DNA from: a virus
Taxonomy: Duplodnaviria > Caudoviricetes
Length of the DNA stretch: 49,130 nucleotides
Virus record (IMG/VR): IMGVR_UViG_3300047409_000236
Location: 1-49,130 of that record
Direction: 5' to 3' (one strand)
Under the pieces are notes generated by a model, which made no database searches, was not told where the DNA came from, and saw only the letters and a program-made list of their open reading frames with translations. Numbering within the stretch: the stretch's first letter is position 1; every line of letters begins with the position of its first letter. A program made the position numbers and the translations under genes. Positions 17,819-27,320 of the stretch are shown here, one piece after another.

Positions 17819-18009
17819 TGGCTTTCACCAACGAAGAGCGGTTCGACATCCTCATGGCGGGCATGGACTACCTCAAGGTGCGCTACGGCACTGAAGGCCC
17901 GTGGCAAACACCGGAGCCAACCGACGATGCGAAGCGGATATCGCGGCTGTTCGAGGTGATCGAGCTGCAGCAGCGTTGGCTGTCCGCCATGAACGAGGAC
18001 CAGCCATGA
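17818..18009 (+). CDS. Hypothetical protein
   Basis: Translationally coupled small ORF. Confidence 0.55.
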   Translation: MAFTNEERFDILMAGMDYLKVRYGTEGPWQTPEPTDDAKRISRLFEVIELQQRWLSAMNEDQP

Positions 18010-18170
18010 CGGTCCGCTACAAGGGGCTTCTCATCGCCCGCGTCAACGCCCGCGTCGCCGTGTTCAGGGACGACGGCGACCTGCTGGGGACGTTCCCCGG
18101 CTGGACCAAGGCGATCGCCTTCATCGACCGCCTCCGCAAGGGACCAGCCCCGGCTGCGCTAGTGCGATGA
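18006..18170 (+). CDS. Hypothetical protein
   Basis: MTVRYKGLLIARV...; ATGA overlaps at both ends. Confidence 0.5.
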   Translation: MTVRYKGLLIARVNARVAVFRDDGDLLGTFPGWTKAIAFIDRLRKGPAPAALVR

Positions 18171-18454
18171 TCGAGCGCTTCGAGATGACGAACACGATCC
18201 TGCCGGAGGACCCCGGCGCGGGCCTCAGCGATGAGCAGAAGACGTGGCTCGACACCGTCATCAACAGCGCGCTGCAACGGATCGTCGACACCGACCCCCG
18301 GCATCGGCAAGTCCACTTCGCGCTGCTGGTGCTGACGCTGGAGCGCGTCGAGGAGGACGGCACCCACGTCGTCACCTCCGACACGGTGACCAGCCTGAAG
18401 CGGGAGCACCTGCACGAGACACTCAGGGACTGGCTGCACAAGGAGACACAGTGA
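18167..18454 (+). CDS. Hypothetical protein
   Basis: Coupled ORF. Confidence 0.55.
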   Translation: MIERFEMTNTILPEDPGAGLSDEQKTWLDTVINSALQRIVDTDPRHRQVHFALLVLTLERVEEDGTHVVTSDTVTSLKREHLHETLRDWLHKETQ

Positions 18455-18711
18455 TGGTCGAGCCCATTCGCTTCCTGCCCGGCACGCGTTCGCTTGCCAT
18501 GCTGGCTGACAGCCTCGCCGCGATCAGGCTTCTCCAAGAGGAACTGCTGCGCGCGAAGCGCACCTACACCGACATCGCCAAGGCTGCCGGCGTCGCCAAC
18601 TCGACGGTCTCCAATATCGCCACCGGCTCGACCAAGTGGCCCCGGCTGGAGACGATCATCCGTATCCTCGGCGCCCTCGACTGGGTGATCGTGGCGCAGA
18701 GGCGAACTTAA
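18454..18711 (+). CDS. XRE-family HTH transcriptional regulator
   Basis: TYTDIAKAAGVANSTVSNIATG..PRLETIIRILGAL. Confidence 0.85.
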   Translation: MVEPIRFLPGTRSLAMLADSLAAIRLLQEELLRAKRTYTDIAKAAGVANSTVSNIATGSTKWPRLETIIRILGALDWVIVAQRRT

Positions 18712-18741
18712 AAATCGGAAAATTTTTACCGGAGCTTTTCG

Positions 18742-19134
18742 ATGCCCAAAGCCAAGGACACCGAGACCGCCCGTCTTGGGCACCACCTGTTCACCGTTGA
18801 CCGGAGGTTCTGCTCGATCCACTACCGGGGCATCATCGGCAAGGAGACGGACAAGACCTTCCTGCTCAACCTGCGCAAGGGCTTTCACAACTACGACAAG
18901 GTGCTCAAGACCAGCCGCTGGCTGGCGGTGCCGGGCGGCGTCGATCCGGCTGACGTGATGGTCACCTTCGAGCGGGTGATGAAACTCCACGAGGACGCCG
19001 TGAAGACCAAGCGCGAGCAGCTGCGCGTGGCGGAAGACATCCGCTTCAACGAGGCGCTCGCCGCGTTGGACAGGTTCCATCCATCGACGGCGGAGACAGA
19101 GACAAAGACAGAGATCGGCGCGACCGCCGGGTAA
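18742..19134 (+). CDS. Hypothetical protein
   Basis: 130-aa ORF with GGAG RBS after an AT-rich spacer. Confidence 0.65.
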   Translation: MPKAKDTETARLGHHLFTVDRRFCSIHYRGIIGKETDKTFLLNLRKGFHNYDKVLKTSRWLAVPGGVDPADVMVTFERVMKLHEDAVKTKREQLRVAEDIRFNEALAALDRFHPSTAETETKTEIGATAG

Positions 19135-19244
19135 AGCCAAGACCGGGGGCTTGCCCCCCGGCGGCGCGTTGGTGGGAGGGGGGTCGGCATCGGGAGAAGG
19201 CCGGCCCCCTTTCTCGTCTATTCATCTCTCGGGGGCAAACCAAA

Positions 19245-19451
19245 ATGCAGATGTTCGTGAAGTGCCCGCTCTGCGGGGAAATCTATGACGCGCTGGAGAA
19301 GCCGTCGCTGAAGGTCAGCATCGACGGGGTTCAACGCACGGCGCACATCGCTTGCGTCGAGCAGCGACTGCCGCTGCCGATGCCTGCTGGCGGCAAGCCG
19401 AACGGCGAAGCCAAGGGCAACGGGATGGAAAGGCAAGGCCCGCCGGGGTGA
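19245..19451 (+). CDS. Small Zn-ribbon-like protein
   Basis: CPLC...HIAC; last gene of the rightward arm. Confidence 0.5.
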   Translation: MQMFVKCPLCGEIYDALEKPSLKVSIDGVQRTAHIACVEQRLPLPMPAGGKPNGEAKGNGMERQGPPG

Positions 19452-19538
19452 ACCTCGCGAAGTTCTCAGGCAACAAGACCTTCGCGCCCGGCGGGTCCTC
19501 GTACCAGCTCCTAGGGGGACAAAGGGGTTTAAGACCGC

Positions 19539-19991
19539 CTAGGAGCGACCTGCCTGCGCTGGCTCGGTGAACGTGAACTGCAGCGCCGGGGTGGGAGCCA
19601 AGCCCGTCCTGACGGCGACGTCAACACTCACCGCGCCCCAGCCCAGCGACGGCTTCACGATGGTGGAGACATCGGTGTCGGAGTTGAAGGTGGTGGGTTC
19701 GTCATAGCCGGCGAAGACGATGACGCTGGCCTCGGTGAAGCCGGTGCCGACGCAGTGCATCTCGACGTCGGGATCGCCGAGCACCGCCGTGTCCGGGCTG
19801 AGGCTGTCGAGGGTCGCCGGCGGCGCTGGCGGCACCTGCTCGTCGATCCACGCGAGGGCGTTGGTGACGTTGTTGTGAAGGGTCGTGCTGCCGTCCGGAT
19901 GCCCCAGCTGGACGCGGTCGTCGCCCTTGATGCGGTAGTTGTAGCCTTGGTAGTCGCCTTCCAGATCGATGAAGGGCGTGAAATGGACCAT
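19539..19991 (-). CDS. Protein with C-terminal IPT/TIG (Ig-like) domain
   Basis: TLDSLSPDTA..VGTGFT..SVIVF..TFNSDT..FTF; RBS AAGGAG. Confidence 0.65.
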   Translation of the reverse strand: MVHFTPFIDLEGDYQGYNYRIKGDDRVQLGHPDGSTTLHNNVTNALAWIDEQVPPAPPATLDSLSPDTAVLGDPDVEMHCVGTGFTEASVIVFAGYDEPTTFNSDTDVSTIVKPSLGWGAVSVDVAVRTGLAPTPALQFTFTEPAQAGRS

Positions 19992-20005
19992 CGTTGTCTC
20001 CTTTG

Positions 20006-20122
20006 TCACCAGAGCCGGATCACTGTGACAGTGACCAGCACCATACCGGCCATGATCAGCACCGCCCAGCCCATGCCGATCCAGAAGCCCCGCTCGGGTG
20101 CCGGCGTCTTCTCTAGCGGCAT
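20006..20122 (-). CDS. 38-aa single-pass membrane peptide (not in ORF track)
   Basis: MPLEKTPAPERGFWIGMGWAVLIMAGMVLVTVTVIRLW; fills the gap between flanking genes. Confidence 0.5.
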   Translation of the reverse strand: MPLEKTPAPERGFWIGMGWAVLIMAGMVLVTVTVIRLW

Positions 20123-20126
20123 CAGT

Positions 20127-20447
20127 CTATTCCGTGTTGGCCTGCATGATGATGTCCCGCGCCTGCTCCGGGCTGGTGTTCGCTATGGTCCATGACGGGA
20201 AGCCAAGCTCGGCGAGGCGCTGCTTCTGGGCTGGCGTCAGGAAGTAGGAGACGCCCTGCCGCGACGGCTGCTCCGGCGTGAACATCTCCTCGTTGGTGTT
20301 GGCCGGGGTCAATTTTACAGCTCTGGACAGCACTCTCGGCAGCGACGGACCCCCAACGGGAAGACCTCCTGTTGGGTCGGCGAGGCCGATCTCGGCCTGC
20401 GGCCGGATGCGGCGGATGTAGCGGAGGATGTCGTCTTCGCCAGCCAT
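20127..20447 (-). CDS. Hypothetical protein
   Basis: Operon packing; C-terminal LTPAQKQRLAELGF..TSPEQARDII. Confidence 0.6.
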   Translation of the reverse strand: MAGEDDILRYIRRIRPQAEIGLADPTGGLPVGGPSLPRVLSRAVKLTPANTNEEMFTPEQPSRQGVSYFLTPAQKQRLAELGFPSWTIANTSPEQARDIIMQANTE

Positions 20448-20450
20448 GTC

Positions 20451-21179
20451 TCAGAACCCCCTGAACGGTGCCGCCTGCTGGATGGCCGGTGCCTGCCCGA
20501 TGTTCTTCAGCTGGAAGAGCTGCGCCAGCGGCGACAGGTCGGGGGCGGCGGCAGCGGGTGCCGCCTGCGGCTTCGCCGAGGCGTAGTCGAGGGTCGGCAG
20601 GGCGCCGCCGGTGTCGTCGCCGACCAGCCCGCCGGTCTGGGAAAGGTCTTGGCCGCCACCGCCACCGCCGCCCCGTCCGGAGACGGTGCTGGCGAACATG
20701 TCGGCGAGCGAGGCGTCGCGCGTCGGCGGCACCGGGAACATCGCCGGGCCGCTGTTGTCGAGCGAGCTGTCGGCAGCCAGTGCAGGCGTGTCTGCGAAAT
20801 AGCCGGGGCCGGAGCCGGCGCCGCCGACGTGACGCCGGCCGGGACTGCTGACGCCGCTATTGGCGAAGCTCTCGCCGCTCATGGCGAGGTTCTCGCCGAG
20901 CGTGCGGTTGGGGTCGACGGGCCTGCCGGTTGCCCGCATCAGCGCGACAGTGCTCGGGTCCCAGCGCTTGAGCGGGATGCGCGAGGCGACCTCCGCCTGC
21001 TGCTCGTAGGTCGCGTGCAGCGGATCGGGGGCGTACCTGTTGCCGCCGAACTCGTTCCACGTCCCCGTGGTGATCTGGAAGTAGCCCTGCGCCTGCCCCG
21101 ACGAGGTGCCTTGGTGGACGTTGGGGATGTTCCTGCCACCGCTCTCGTTCCTGAGCAGGGCCTGCAGAAGCGTGGTCAT
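20451..21179 (-). CDS. Virion-associated transglycosylase (lysozyme-like fold)
   Basis: RNESGG..AQGYFQITTGTW..ATYEQQ resembles Rpf/SLT motifs. Confidence 0.65.
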   Translation of the reverse strand: MTTLLQALLRNESGGRNIPNVHQGTSSGQAQGYFQITTGTWNEFGGNRYAPDPLHATYEQQAEVASRIPLKRWDPSTVALMRATGRPVDPNRTLGENLAMSGESFANSGVSSPGRRHVGGAGSGPGYFADTPALAADSSLDNSGPAMFPVPPTRDASLADMFASTVSGRGGGGGGGQDLSQTGGLVGDDTGGALPTLDYASAKPQAAPAAAAPDLSPLAQLFQLKNIGQAPAIQQAAPFRGF

Positions 21180-23318
21180 CTATTCGAGCCCCATGTCTCT
21201 GCGGAACTGGCGGTCCCTCTCGTCGCGCTGCTGCACGTCCAGCGGGGTGTCCCGGCCGCCGAGGGAGCCACCCGTGCTGCCGGTGGCGCGGGCCAGTATC
21301 TGGGCCAGACCCGGCCCGCCACCCTTGACGAGGGTCCGAACGGTCTGCGGGTTGGTCAGCGCGTCAGCAACGAGCTTGGGAGTGATGGCTGCCCCGGCGG
21401 TGATCGCTGCCGGCACGAGGCCGAAATGCCCGGCGGCGGCGCCGGCAAGGGCTGGAAGGGCATAGTTGAGTGTCGCGCCCATCGTCGACCCGGTGATGCC
21501 CGGCCGCGTGCGCCGGCCGCCCCTGATCTCTTCCCACTTGCCGACCTTGGCGAGGTCGTCCATGCGGCGGACGACGTCGGGCCGGTTGCGCGAAAGGATC
21601 GCCTTGCGCTCGGGAGACAGGCTGCGCCAGTGCTGGAAGTTCTTTGGGTTGAACAGCTCCGGGTCGGCCTCCAGACCGGCGGAGCCTTCGCGCAGCCGCA
21701 GCTCGACGTCGTCGGCCAGCAGGGCCACCAGTTCGTCCGGCGAGTGCTCGTGCATCGGCGACAAATGGCGCGTGCCGACCTTGCCGACGGTCTTGTTGTA
21801 GGTCTCGCCCTGCGTCGAGCCGGTCAGTTTCTCGTTGATCCCGCCCTGCTTCATCAGGCGAGTTGTCTCTGCCTGCGCGGCGTCGAACTCGGCCGGGCTC
21901 ACGCCCTGCGCCTGCGCTGTCGCCTTCATGTCCTCGGTCATGCCGGCGTAGGTCTGCCGCTGCAGGCCCTTCTTGAGCGACCGGCCCTCGCGATCCAGCT
22001 TCTGGCCGAGGTCGGTGCGTTCGTCCTTGATTGCGCCATAGCCGGCAGGCGTGGAGACACGGGTCCTCTTGCCGCCCTGTCTCACCGTCTTGGAACCGAG
22101 GTTGGCACGCAGGCTGTCGAGCAGGTCGGCGGCTTGGTTGCGGGTGCCGGCACCGACGCCCAGCCGGTTCCTGATGATGTTGCCCAGCACGCTGAACGTG
22201 TTGGCGAGGCTGGTCGGTGACGTCTCGCCGATGCGCTGCTCAAGCGGGTCCTGTATCCCCTGCACCTTCTGCTTGATCTTGCCTTGGGTGCTGGCAAGCG
22301 CCACTTCGGCATCTCCGCCGATGCCTTCCTTCGTGATCTGGCCAGCGGCCGGTCCACCGCGCGCGTCGGCGAGCGCCTGCCGCGCGCCCTCCTCCATGCC
22401 TGTGAACTGCTGTCTCCGCGCCTCGGCCGCCCCTTGGCTGACAATCGTGCGGCCGGTGATGTCCTCCAGCGTGCCGGCGGACTTGGAGCCGACGAGGCCC
22501 ATGGTCGGCGGTATCTGGGCCTCCGGCGGCGCGCCTGCGTTGTAGTCGTCGATGGTCTTCAGCCTGCCAAGGCTCTCCGGCGTCGTCAGCATCTTGGACA
22601 CGCCGATGCGGGCGAGCGTCGGAGCCCCGACCGACAGTGCCGCGCCGCCCAGCAGGCTGCCGAGGTCGCGATATTTCTCGCCGCCGATGTTGGCGGCGGC
22701 CATGCCGCCAAGCTCGCCGCCGCCATAGCCGAGGCCGACGTCGCGGGTGGCTCGGGCGGCAGTCCTGACCACCCCCGCCGGTATGCCTCCCCATGACGGG
22801 TTCCGGAGGAAGGAGCGGCCCTCGGTGAGCAGGCCCTCGATGATCGCCGGGCCAGCGATCTCGCCGGCTGTCTCCGTACCCTCGAAACCCTTCGTCACCG
22901 CCGGCACGTTCTCCCCGTAAGCTTGGCTCACCGGGTAGGTGGGGTCGGAGTAGTTGGTGGCACCGGCCGGCGCGCCTGTGGAGCCTTGCCCGGTCAGCTC
23001 CAGATAGTCGTTGACCCCCATCTTCAGCCCGTTCCACAGGGTGTCCCCGGCATAGGCTGCAAGCTTGCCGGTGCCGCGCCCGAGGGCGTAGGCCTCGTTA
23101 CCGGCCCACTCGCCCCAGCCCATGTCCCGCGCCGGGTCGTAGTTGTGGTAGTCGAACTCCCCGCTGTCGCTGCCCGGCACGCCCGACGTGCCGCTGTCCA
23201 AGTGCTGCGGATACCACTGACGGAAACGCGCCTTCGCCGCTTCGATGGCCGGCTCGTCGTACGTGTCGGGGACATCGAACTCGACGCCCATGTCGGGCAT
23301 GGAGACGGTCTTGGTCAT
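21180..23318 (-). CDS. Internal virion / DNA ejection protein
   Basis: 712 aa, Gly/Ala-rich and helical; position in the core-protein cluster. Confidence 0.6.
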   Translation of the reverse strand: MTKTVSMPDMGVEFDVPDTYDEPAIEAAKARFRQWYPQHLDSGTSGVPGSDSGEFDYHNYDPARDMGWGEWAGNEAYALGRGTGKLAAYAGDTLWNGLKMGVNDYLELTGQGSTGAPAGATNYSDPTYPVSQAYGENVPAVTKGFEGTETAGEIAGPAIIEGLLTEGRSFLRNPSWGGIPAGVVRTAARATRDVGLGYGGGELGGMAAANIGGEKYRDLGSLLGGAALSVGAPTLARIGVSKMLTTPESLGRLKTIDDYNAGAPPEAQIPPTMGLVGSKSAGTLEDITGRTIVSQGAAEARRQQFTGMEEGARQALADARGGPAAGQITKEGIGGDAEVALASTQGKIKQKVQGIQDPLEQRIGETSPTSLANTFSVLGNIIRNRLGVGAGTRNQAADLLDSLRANLGSKTVRQGGKRTRVSTPAGYGAIKDERTDLGQKLDREGRSLKKGLQRQTYAGMTEDMKATAQAQGVSPAEFDAAQAETTRLMKQGGINEKLTGSTQGETYNKTVGKVGTRHLSPMHEHSPDELVALLADDVELRLREGSAGLEADPELFNPKNFQHWRSLSPERKAILSRNRPDVVRRMDDLAKVGKWEEIRGGRRTRPGITGSTMGATLNYALPALAGAAAGHFGLVPAAITAGAAITPKLVADALTNPQTVRTLVKGGGPGLAQILARATGSTGGSLGGRDTPLDVQQRDERDRQFRRDMGLE

Positions 23319-26300
23319 GGCCTTGCCTCGAAGCCGGAGCCGGACACGCGGTATTTCTTGGGCGGCTCCCATTCGAGGTCGATGCCCTGCCGCTGCATCT
23401 CGATGTCCAGATCGCGCAGCGCCTTGGCTGGTATCTGGCCATTGAGGGCGTAGCGTTGCGCCCGCATCGCGTCGAGGCGCGCCAGCCGGGTCTTGACGTA
23501 GCTGGTCGGGCCTTCGCCCGGCTTGATCGAGAAACGGTCGCGGTAGTTGTTGAACTCGAACGGCGCGATGGCCGCGCCGCTATCAGGCCGCAGCTGGCTG
23601 TTGATGAAGGCGAAGATGTCACGAGCGTAGTTCTTGGCTTGGTCGTCGGTCAGCTGATCGAGCACGGAGGCCAGCGTGATCGCTGACGGGTTCCTGTCGG
23701 ACATCGCCGAAATGGTATTCATCGCCATCTGCCACGCCGCCGGCACGCGGTCGGGGGTGACCTGATCGAGACTGCGCGACGACCGCAGCGCCCCCATCAG
23801 CATCTTGTAATCCTTGTTCGATGTCTCATCTCCCGCCTTGGTGCGCTCCTGCGGGTGCTCGACGCGGCTGGTCTTGCCCCCGCCGGGCAGCGTGGTCTCG
23901 GTGACGACGTCGTCCATCTTCTCGCCTTCGCCCAGCCAGCCGCCGTAGTTCTTGACGCTCGCGCCTCCGGGGACCTTCGATTGTTTCGCCCTTGGCAGGG
24001 CGGGCTGCGCCTCCGTTGTGGGGCTCGCTGGCGCGTTTGGGGCTGCCGGGGCTGTCTCGGCAGGGGCCGCTGCCGGTGCCGCTGCAGGAGCCGCTGCCGG
24101 TGCCGCTGCAGGAGCCGCCGCAGGAGCCGCTGCAGAAGCCGCAGGCGCTCCAGCGATATCGTCGGGGGTGAAGGTGCCGGATGGCGGTGCCGGGGTGATG
24201 GTGAGGTCCACCGGGCCTCCCTCCGTCGCCTGCGACGTCGTCTTCGAACCGTAGCGCTGGTTCCACGCCGAGGCGTAAGCGGCGGCGATAGCCGGCGAGA
24301 TCGGCATCCCCCGGCGCTTCATCTCGCCGACGTCGGCGATGAGGTTATCGTAGGCGATCTCGGTGCTGGTGCCGGGTATGTCTCCCACGAGGTCGGGGAT
24401 GGTGATGACCTGACTGGTGGCGTCGGCGGGACCGCCCGTCGAGATCGGCGTCATCGTGACGTTGCCCTGCGCGTCGCGGCCCAGCTGGAAGGGCTTGTCC
24501 TTCACGACGAGGACGTTCTCCTTGAGCTTGGTCGGGTCGGTTGCGTTGGCAGCAGCCGTGGACCTCGTCTTGCCCGCCTCGAACACGTTCGGCGCGGTGT
24601 CGGCCGAGGTGATCATGGTGTTGGTGTCGGGCTGCGTGCCCGTGTACTCCATGGCGGAGACACGTTGTTGATCCGGCGTCTGGTTCCCGGCTTGGAGCCC
24701 GATCAGCCCGGTCATCTTGCCAAACCCCGTGGCGAGGTCGCCAGCCCCGGAGCTGCCGCCGACGAGGCCCTTGGCGATCGCCGTCGCCTCTTCCATCGAC
24801 AGCCTGAGCGAGCCGCCCTGCGGGGTCTGCACCACGACGGTGTTGGTCTCCGGCTCGACGAGCAGGTCTCCCGTCGCCGTCACCGGGTAGGCGTTCGGAG
24901 ACACGGGTGCCTGCGGAGACACGGGCGGCGGCCGGTCGGACATGGGCGCCGAGCGGCCCGGCACGACGGTGGCCGGGCCGCCCGCCTGCGCGGGAGGGGC
25001 GGCAGGCTGCGGGCGTCCCGGCACGTTGATCGGCGTGCCGAGGCCCGAAGGCGTGAGTTCGGGAGGCGTCTGCCCGAGCGACGGGTACTCCCCCGTCGGG
25101 TCCGGCACGCTGACCGGAGCCGGCTGCAGCTCCGCCGGCAGGCCGGGGAGGCCGGCGAACGGCGCCTGCCGGTTGAGCTGCACGCCCAAGTCCTGCAGCT
25201 CCGGGGGCACTTCCCCCAACTGGCCGTTGGGCTGGAACGGCGGGAAGTTCTGTGGCCGCCGGCCTGTGTCCTGCGGTGGCAGGGGAGACAGGGCCGGTGG
25301 CTGGCCAGCCTGTTGCGGAACAGGCAGGTTCGGCCGCGCCGGGAACGGACCGGGGGCGGTGTAGGGACCGAGGGGAGCCGGCGGCTCGACCACCGCAGGG
25401 GGCACGTTGGAGCCGGCGTGCGGGAACAGGTTGGCCAGCACGTCCTGCCCGATGAAATTGTCGGCTGTCGCCGGCATACCCCTTGAGGGGAACGCGGCGG
25501 CGTTGCCGGGCTGCAGCGGAGACAGAGGCGGCGGCGGCGCGGCTTCCCCGACATTGGCCGGCTGGTTGCCGGTCAGCCAGTCCCAGAGGCCGCCGGGGCT
25601 GATGTACTGGTCGGCGGCAGCCGACGCCTCCGGGCGTGCCGGGAAGGTCGACATCGTCCCCTGCTGGCCGCCCGGCTGGGCGAACAGCGGGCCGCCCGGC
25701 CGTGCCGGGAAGGTCGAGAAGATGTCGGCGACGCCGGGCGTGGTCTGGCCGGTCGGCGCCAGCGCGACGGGTGCCGGCGCTGGTCGCGCCGGGAAGGTCG
25801 AATAGACCGGGTCGGTGATGATGTTGGGCCGCAGCTCGCCCGGTGTCTCCGGCCTGACGGTGTTGACCGGCGCTGCCTGCGAGCCGGGTTGCAGCTCCAG
25901 CGGCACACTCGGCAGGCCCTTGAGGTAGTCGGGCAGGTCGGGGATGTCGCCCGGGCGGCGGACCGGCACGGGAGCGTCCTGCGGCAGCGCCGGTTGCGCG
26001 TTCATGCGCATGAACCGCGTGTCCGGCTCCGGACCGTAGGTGTACATGTCGGCTTCGGACCGGAGAGGATAATTGGCCGGCGACACCTGCACGTCGGGCT
26101 CCGGCGTGGTGCCCTGTATGCGGCCGGTGAGGTCGGAGGACCCGGAGACGTCCACGGGACGCGCCAGCGGGATCGGCGCGTTCGCATCGGGGCCGGAAAG
26201 GTCGACGGGGACCGGGGCGGCAGGCTCCGGCCCCTGCGCGCCGTAGAGGACTTTGCCCAGCGGATCGACCATGCCCTGCCGACCTTCGAGGTTCCACTGT

Positions 26301-26503
26301 TCTGTCGCCGTGCGGGCGTTGTTGTAGTCGATCACCGACTGCAGCTGCTGCCGGTTGTAGGCGTCGGTGGCCAGCTTGCTGCGCATCTCGGCCAGCGCGA
26401 TGTCGGTCTTCGGGTCACCGAACAGGGCTTCGGCCAGCGTGCTGGCCAGCCCGGTGCCGCCGAACTGGGTCGGCATGTTTATCCTCGCCGACATAAATGC
26501 CAC
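23315..26503 (-). CDS. Large Pro-rich putative internal virion / ejection protein
   Basis: 1062 aa with a long Pro/Ala/Gln-rich centre; cluster position. Confidence 0.6.
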   Translation of the reverse strand: MAFMSARINMPTQFGGTGLASTLAEALFGDPKTDIALAEMRSKLATDAYNRQQLQSVIDYNNARTATEQWNLEGRQGMVDPLGKVLYGAQGPEPAAPVPVDLSGPDANAPIPLARPVDVSGSSDLTGRIQGTTPEPDVQVSPANYPLRSEADMYTYGPEPDTRFMRMNAQPALPQDAPVPVRRPGDIPDLPDYLKGLPSVPLELQPGSQAAPVNTVRPETPGELRPNIITDPVYSTFPARPAPAPVALAPTGQTTPGVADIFSTFPARPGGPLFAQPGGQQGTMSTFPARPEASAAADQYISPGGLWDWLTGNQPANVGEAAPPPPLSPLQPGNAAAFPSRGMPATADNFIGQDVLANLFPHAGSNVPPAVVEPPAPLGPYTAPGPFPARPNLPVPQQAGQPPALSPLPPQDTGRRPQNFPPFQPNGQLGEVPPELQDLGVQLNRQAPFAGLPGLPAELQPAPVSVPDPTGEYPSLGQTPPELTPSGLGTPINVPGRPQPAAPPAQAGGPATVVPGRSAPMSDRPPPVSPQAPVSPNAYPVTATGDLLVEPETNTVVVQTPQGGSLRLSMEEATAIAKGLVGGSSGAGDLATGFGKMTGLIGLQAGNQTPDQQRVSAMEYTGTQPDTNTMITSADTAPNVFEAGKTRSTAAANATDPTKLKENVLVVKDKPFQLGRDAQGNVTMTPISTGGPADATSQVITIPDLVGDIPGTSTEIAYDNLIADVGEMKRRGMPISPAIAAAYASAWNQRYGSKTTSQATEGGPVDLTITPAPPSGTFTPDDIAGAPAASAAAPAAAPAAAPAAAPAAAPAAAPAETAPAAPNAPASPTTEAQPALPRAKQSKVPGGASVKNYGGWLGEGEKMDDVVTETTLPGGGKTSRVEHPQERTKAGDETSNKDYKMLMGALRSSRSLDQVTPDRVPAAWQMAMNTISAMSDRNPSAITLASVLDQLTDDQAKNYARDIFAFINSQLRPDSGAAIAPFEFNNYRDRFSIKPGEGPTSYVKTRLARLDAMRAQRYALNGQIPAKALRDLDIEMQRQGIDLEWEPPKKYRVSGSGFEARP

Positions 26504-26515
26504 GGCGTGTCTCCC

Positions 26516-27307
26516 CTAGAACAGATGCCCGTAATCCGGGTTGAGGTAGGCCGGTATTGGTCTTGCCGGGCCGATGAACGGCTTGGTAGGCGCCGCTGTC
26601 GGAAACGTGCCGAACGCGGATTTCCCGGCGGCGCTGCCGATGCCCTGCGCGCCGAGGCTGGCGAAGTCCGAGAACATCTGCGCCAGCGGGCTCCCGGTGT
26701 AGGAGACCTGCACCGGGTCGACGGCGCGCTCGGTGCTGTAGGCGGCCAATGAACCACGCCGGAAGTCGTTGGCCGTGTCGATGCCGGAGCCGGAGCGGGC
26801 GAAGGCCTGCGGCACGATCGTGCCGAGGCCGCCTTCCGAACCGCCGTAGCTGGAGACATTGGCGAGAGCGGCGATACGCTGCTTGGCCGAGGTGGTGGCC
26901 TCGTTGATCTTCTTGGCGAGGTCGGTCTTCTGCGGGTCGCCGCTGGTCGCGCCGGCGGCGATCGCCTGATCCGAGGCCGAGATCGCCGCTGCTTCCGGGG
27001 TCTGGGACTGGGGGTCGCCCTCGCCCTGCATGTACTGGGCGAGGCGGGCGGCTTCGTCCGTCTGCGCCGCCTTCTGGGCATCGGCGGACGTCTGCTGCAG
27101 CCCCTGCTGCTGGGCCGCCTCGGCCTGCTGGCGAAGAGTATCCTGACGCCCTTTTTCGGCGGCGCGCATGGCGTCCTGCCGCTGCGCCCACTGGTCGACC
27201 GCCTGCTTCTGCTTCTTCTGGGCGTTCATCGCCCCGAAGGCGTTCATGGCACTGCCGGCAGTGCCGACGACGGTACTGATGAGACCGAGAGTGGCTACAT
27301 CGCACAT
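26516..27307 (-). CDS. Internal virion protein (T7 gp14-like, Met-Cys start)
   Basis: MCDVATLGLISTVVGTAGSAM followed by a Gln/Ala coiled coil. Confidence 0.65.
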   Translation of the reverse strand: MCDVATLGLISTVVGTAGSAMNAFGAMNAQKKQKQAVDQWAQRQDAMRAAEKGRQDTLRQQAEAAQQQGLQQTSADAQKAAQTDEAARLAQYMQGEGDPQSQTPEAAAISASDQAIAAGATSGDPQKTDLAKKINEATTSAKQRIAALANVSSYGGSEGGLGTIVPQAFARSGSGIDTANDFRRGSLAAYSTERAVDPVQVSYTGSPLAQMFSDFASLGAQGIGSAAGKSAFGTFPTAAPTKPFIGPARPIPAYLNPDYGHLF

Positions 27308-27320
27308 GCTCGTGTCTCCC

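Noticed and set aside
10745-18450. GGAGACA explained purely as a Shine-Dalgarno sequence or as avoidance of GAGACC/GAGACG sites
   Set aside because: Only about 10 copies precede start codons and most are intragenic on either strand. GAGACC and GAGACG are still present, for example near 15500 and 12823.
19135-19540. tRNA or other structured RNA near the convergence of the two arms
   Set aside because: Only short GC hairpins are present; no cloverleaf or T-loop consensus was seen.
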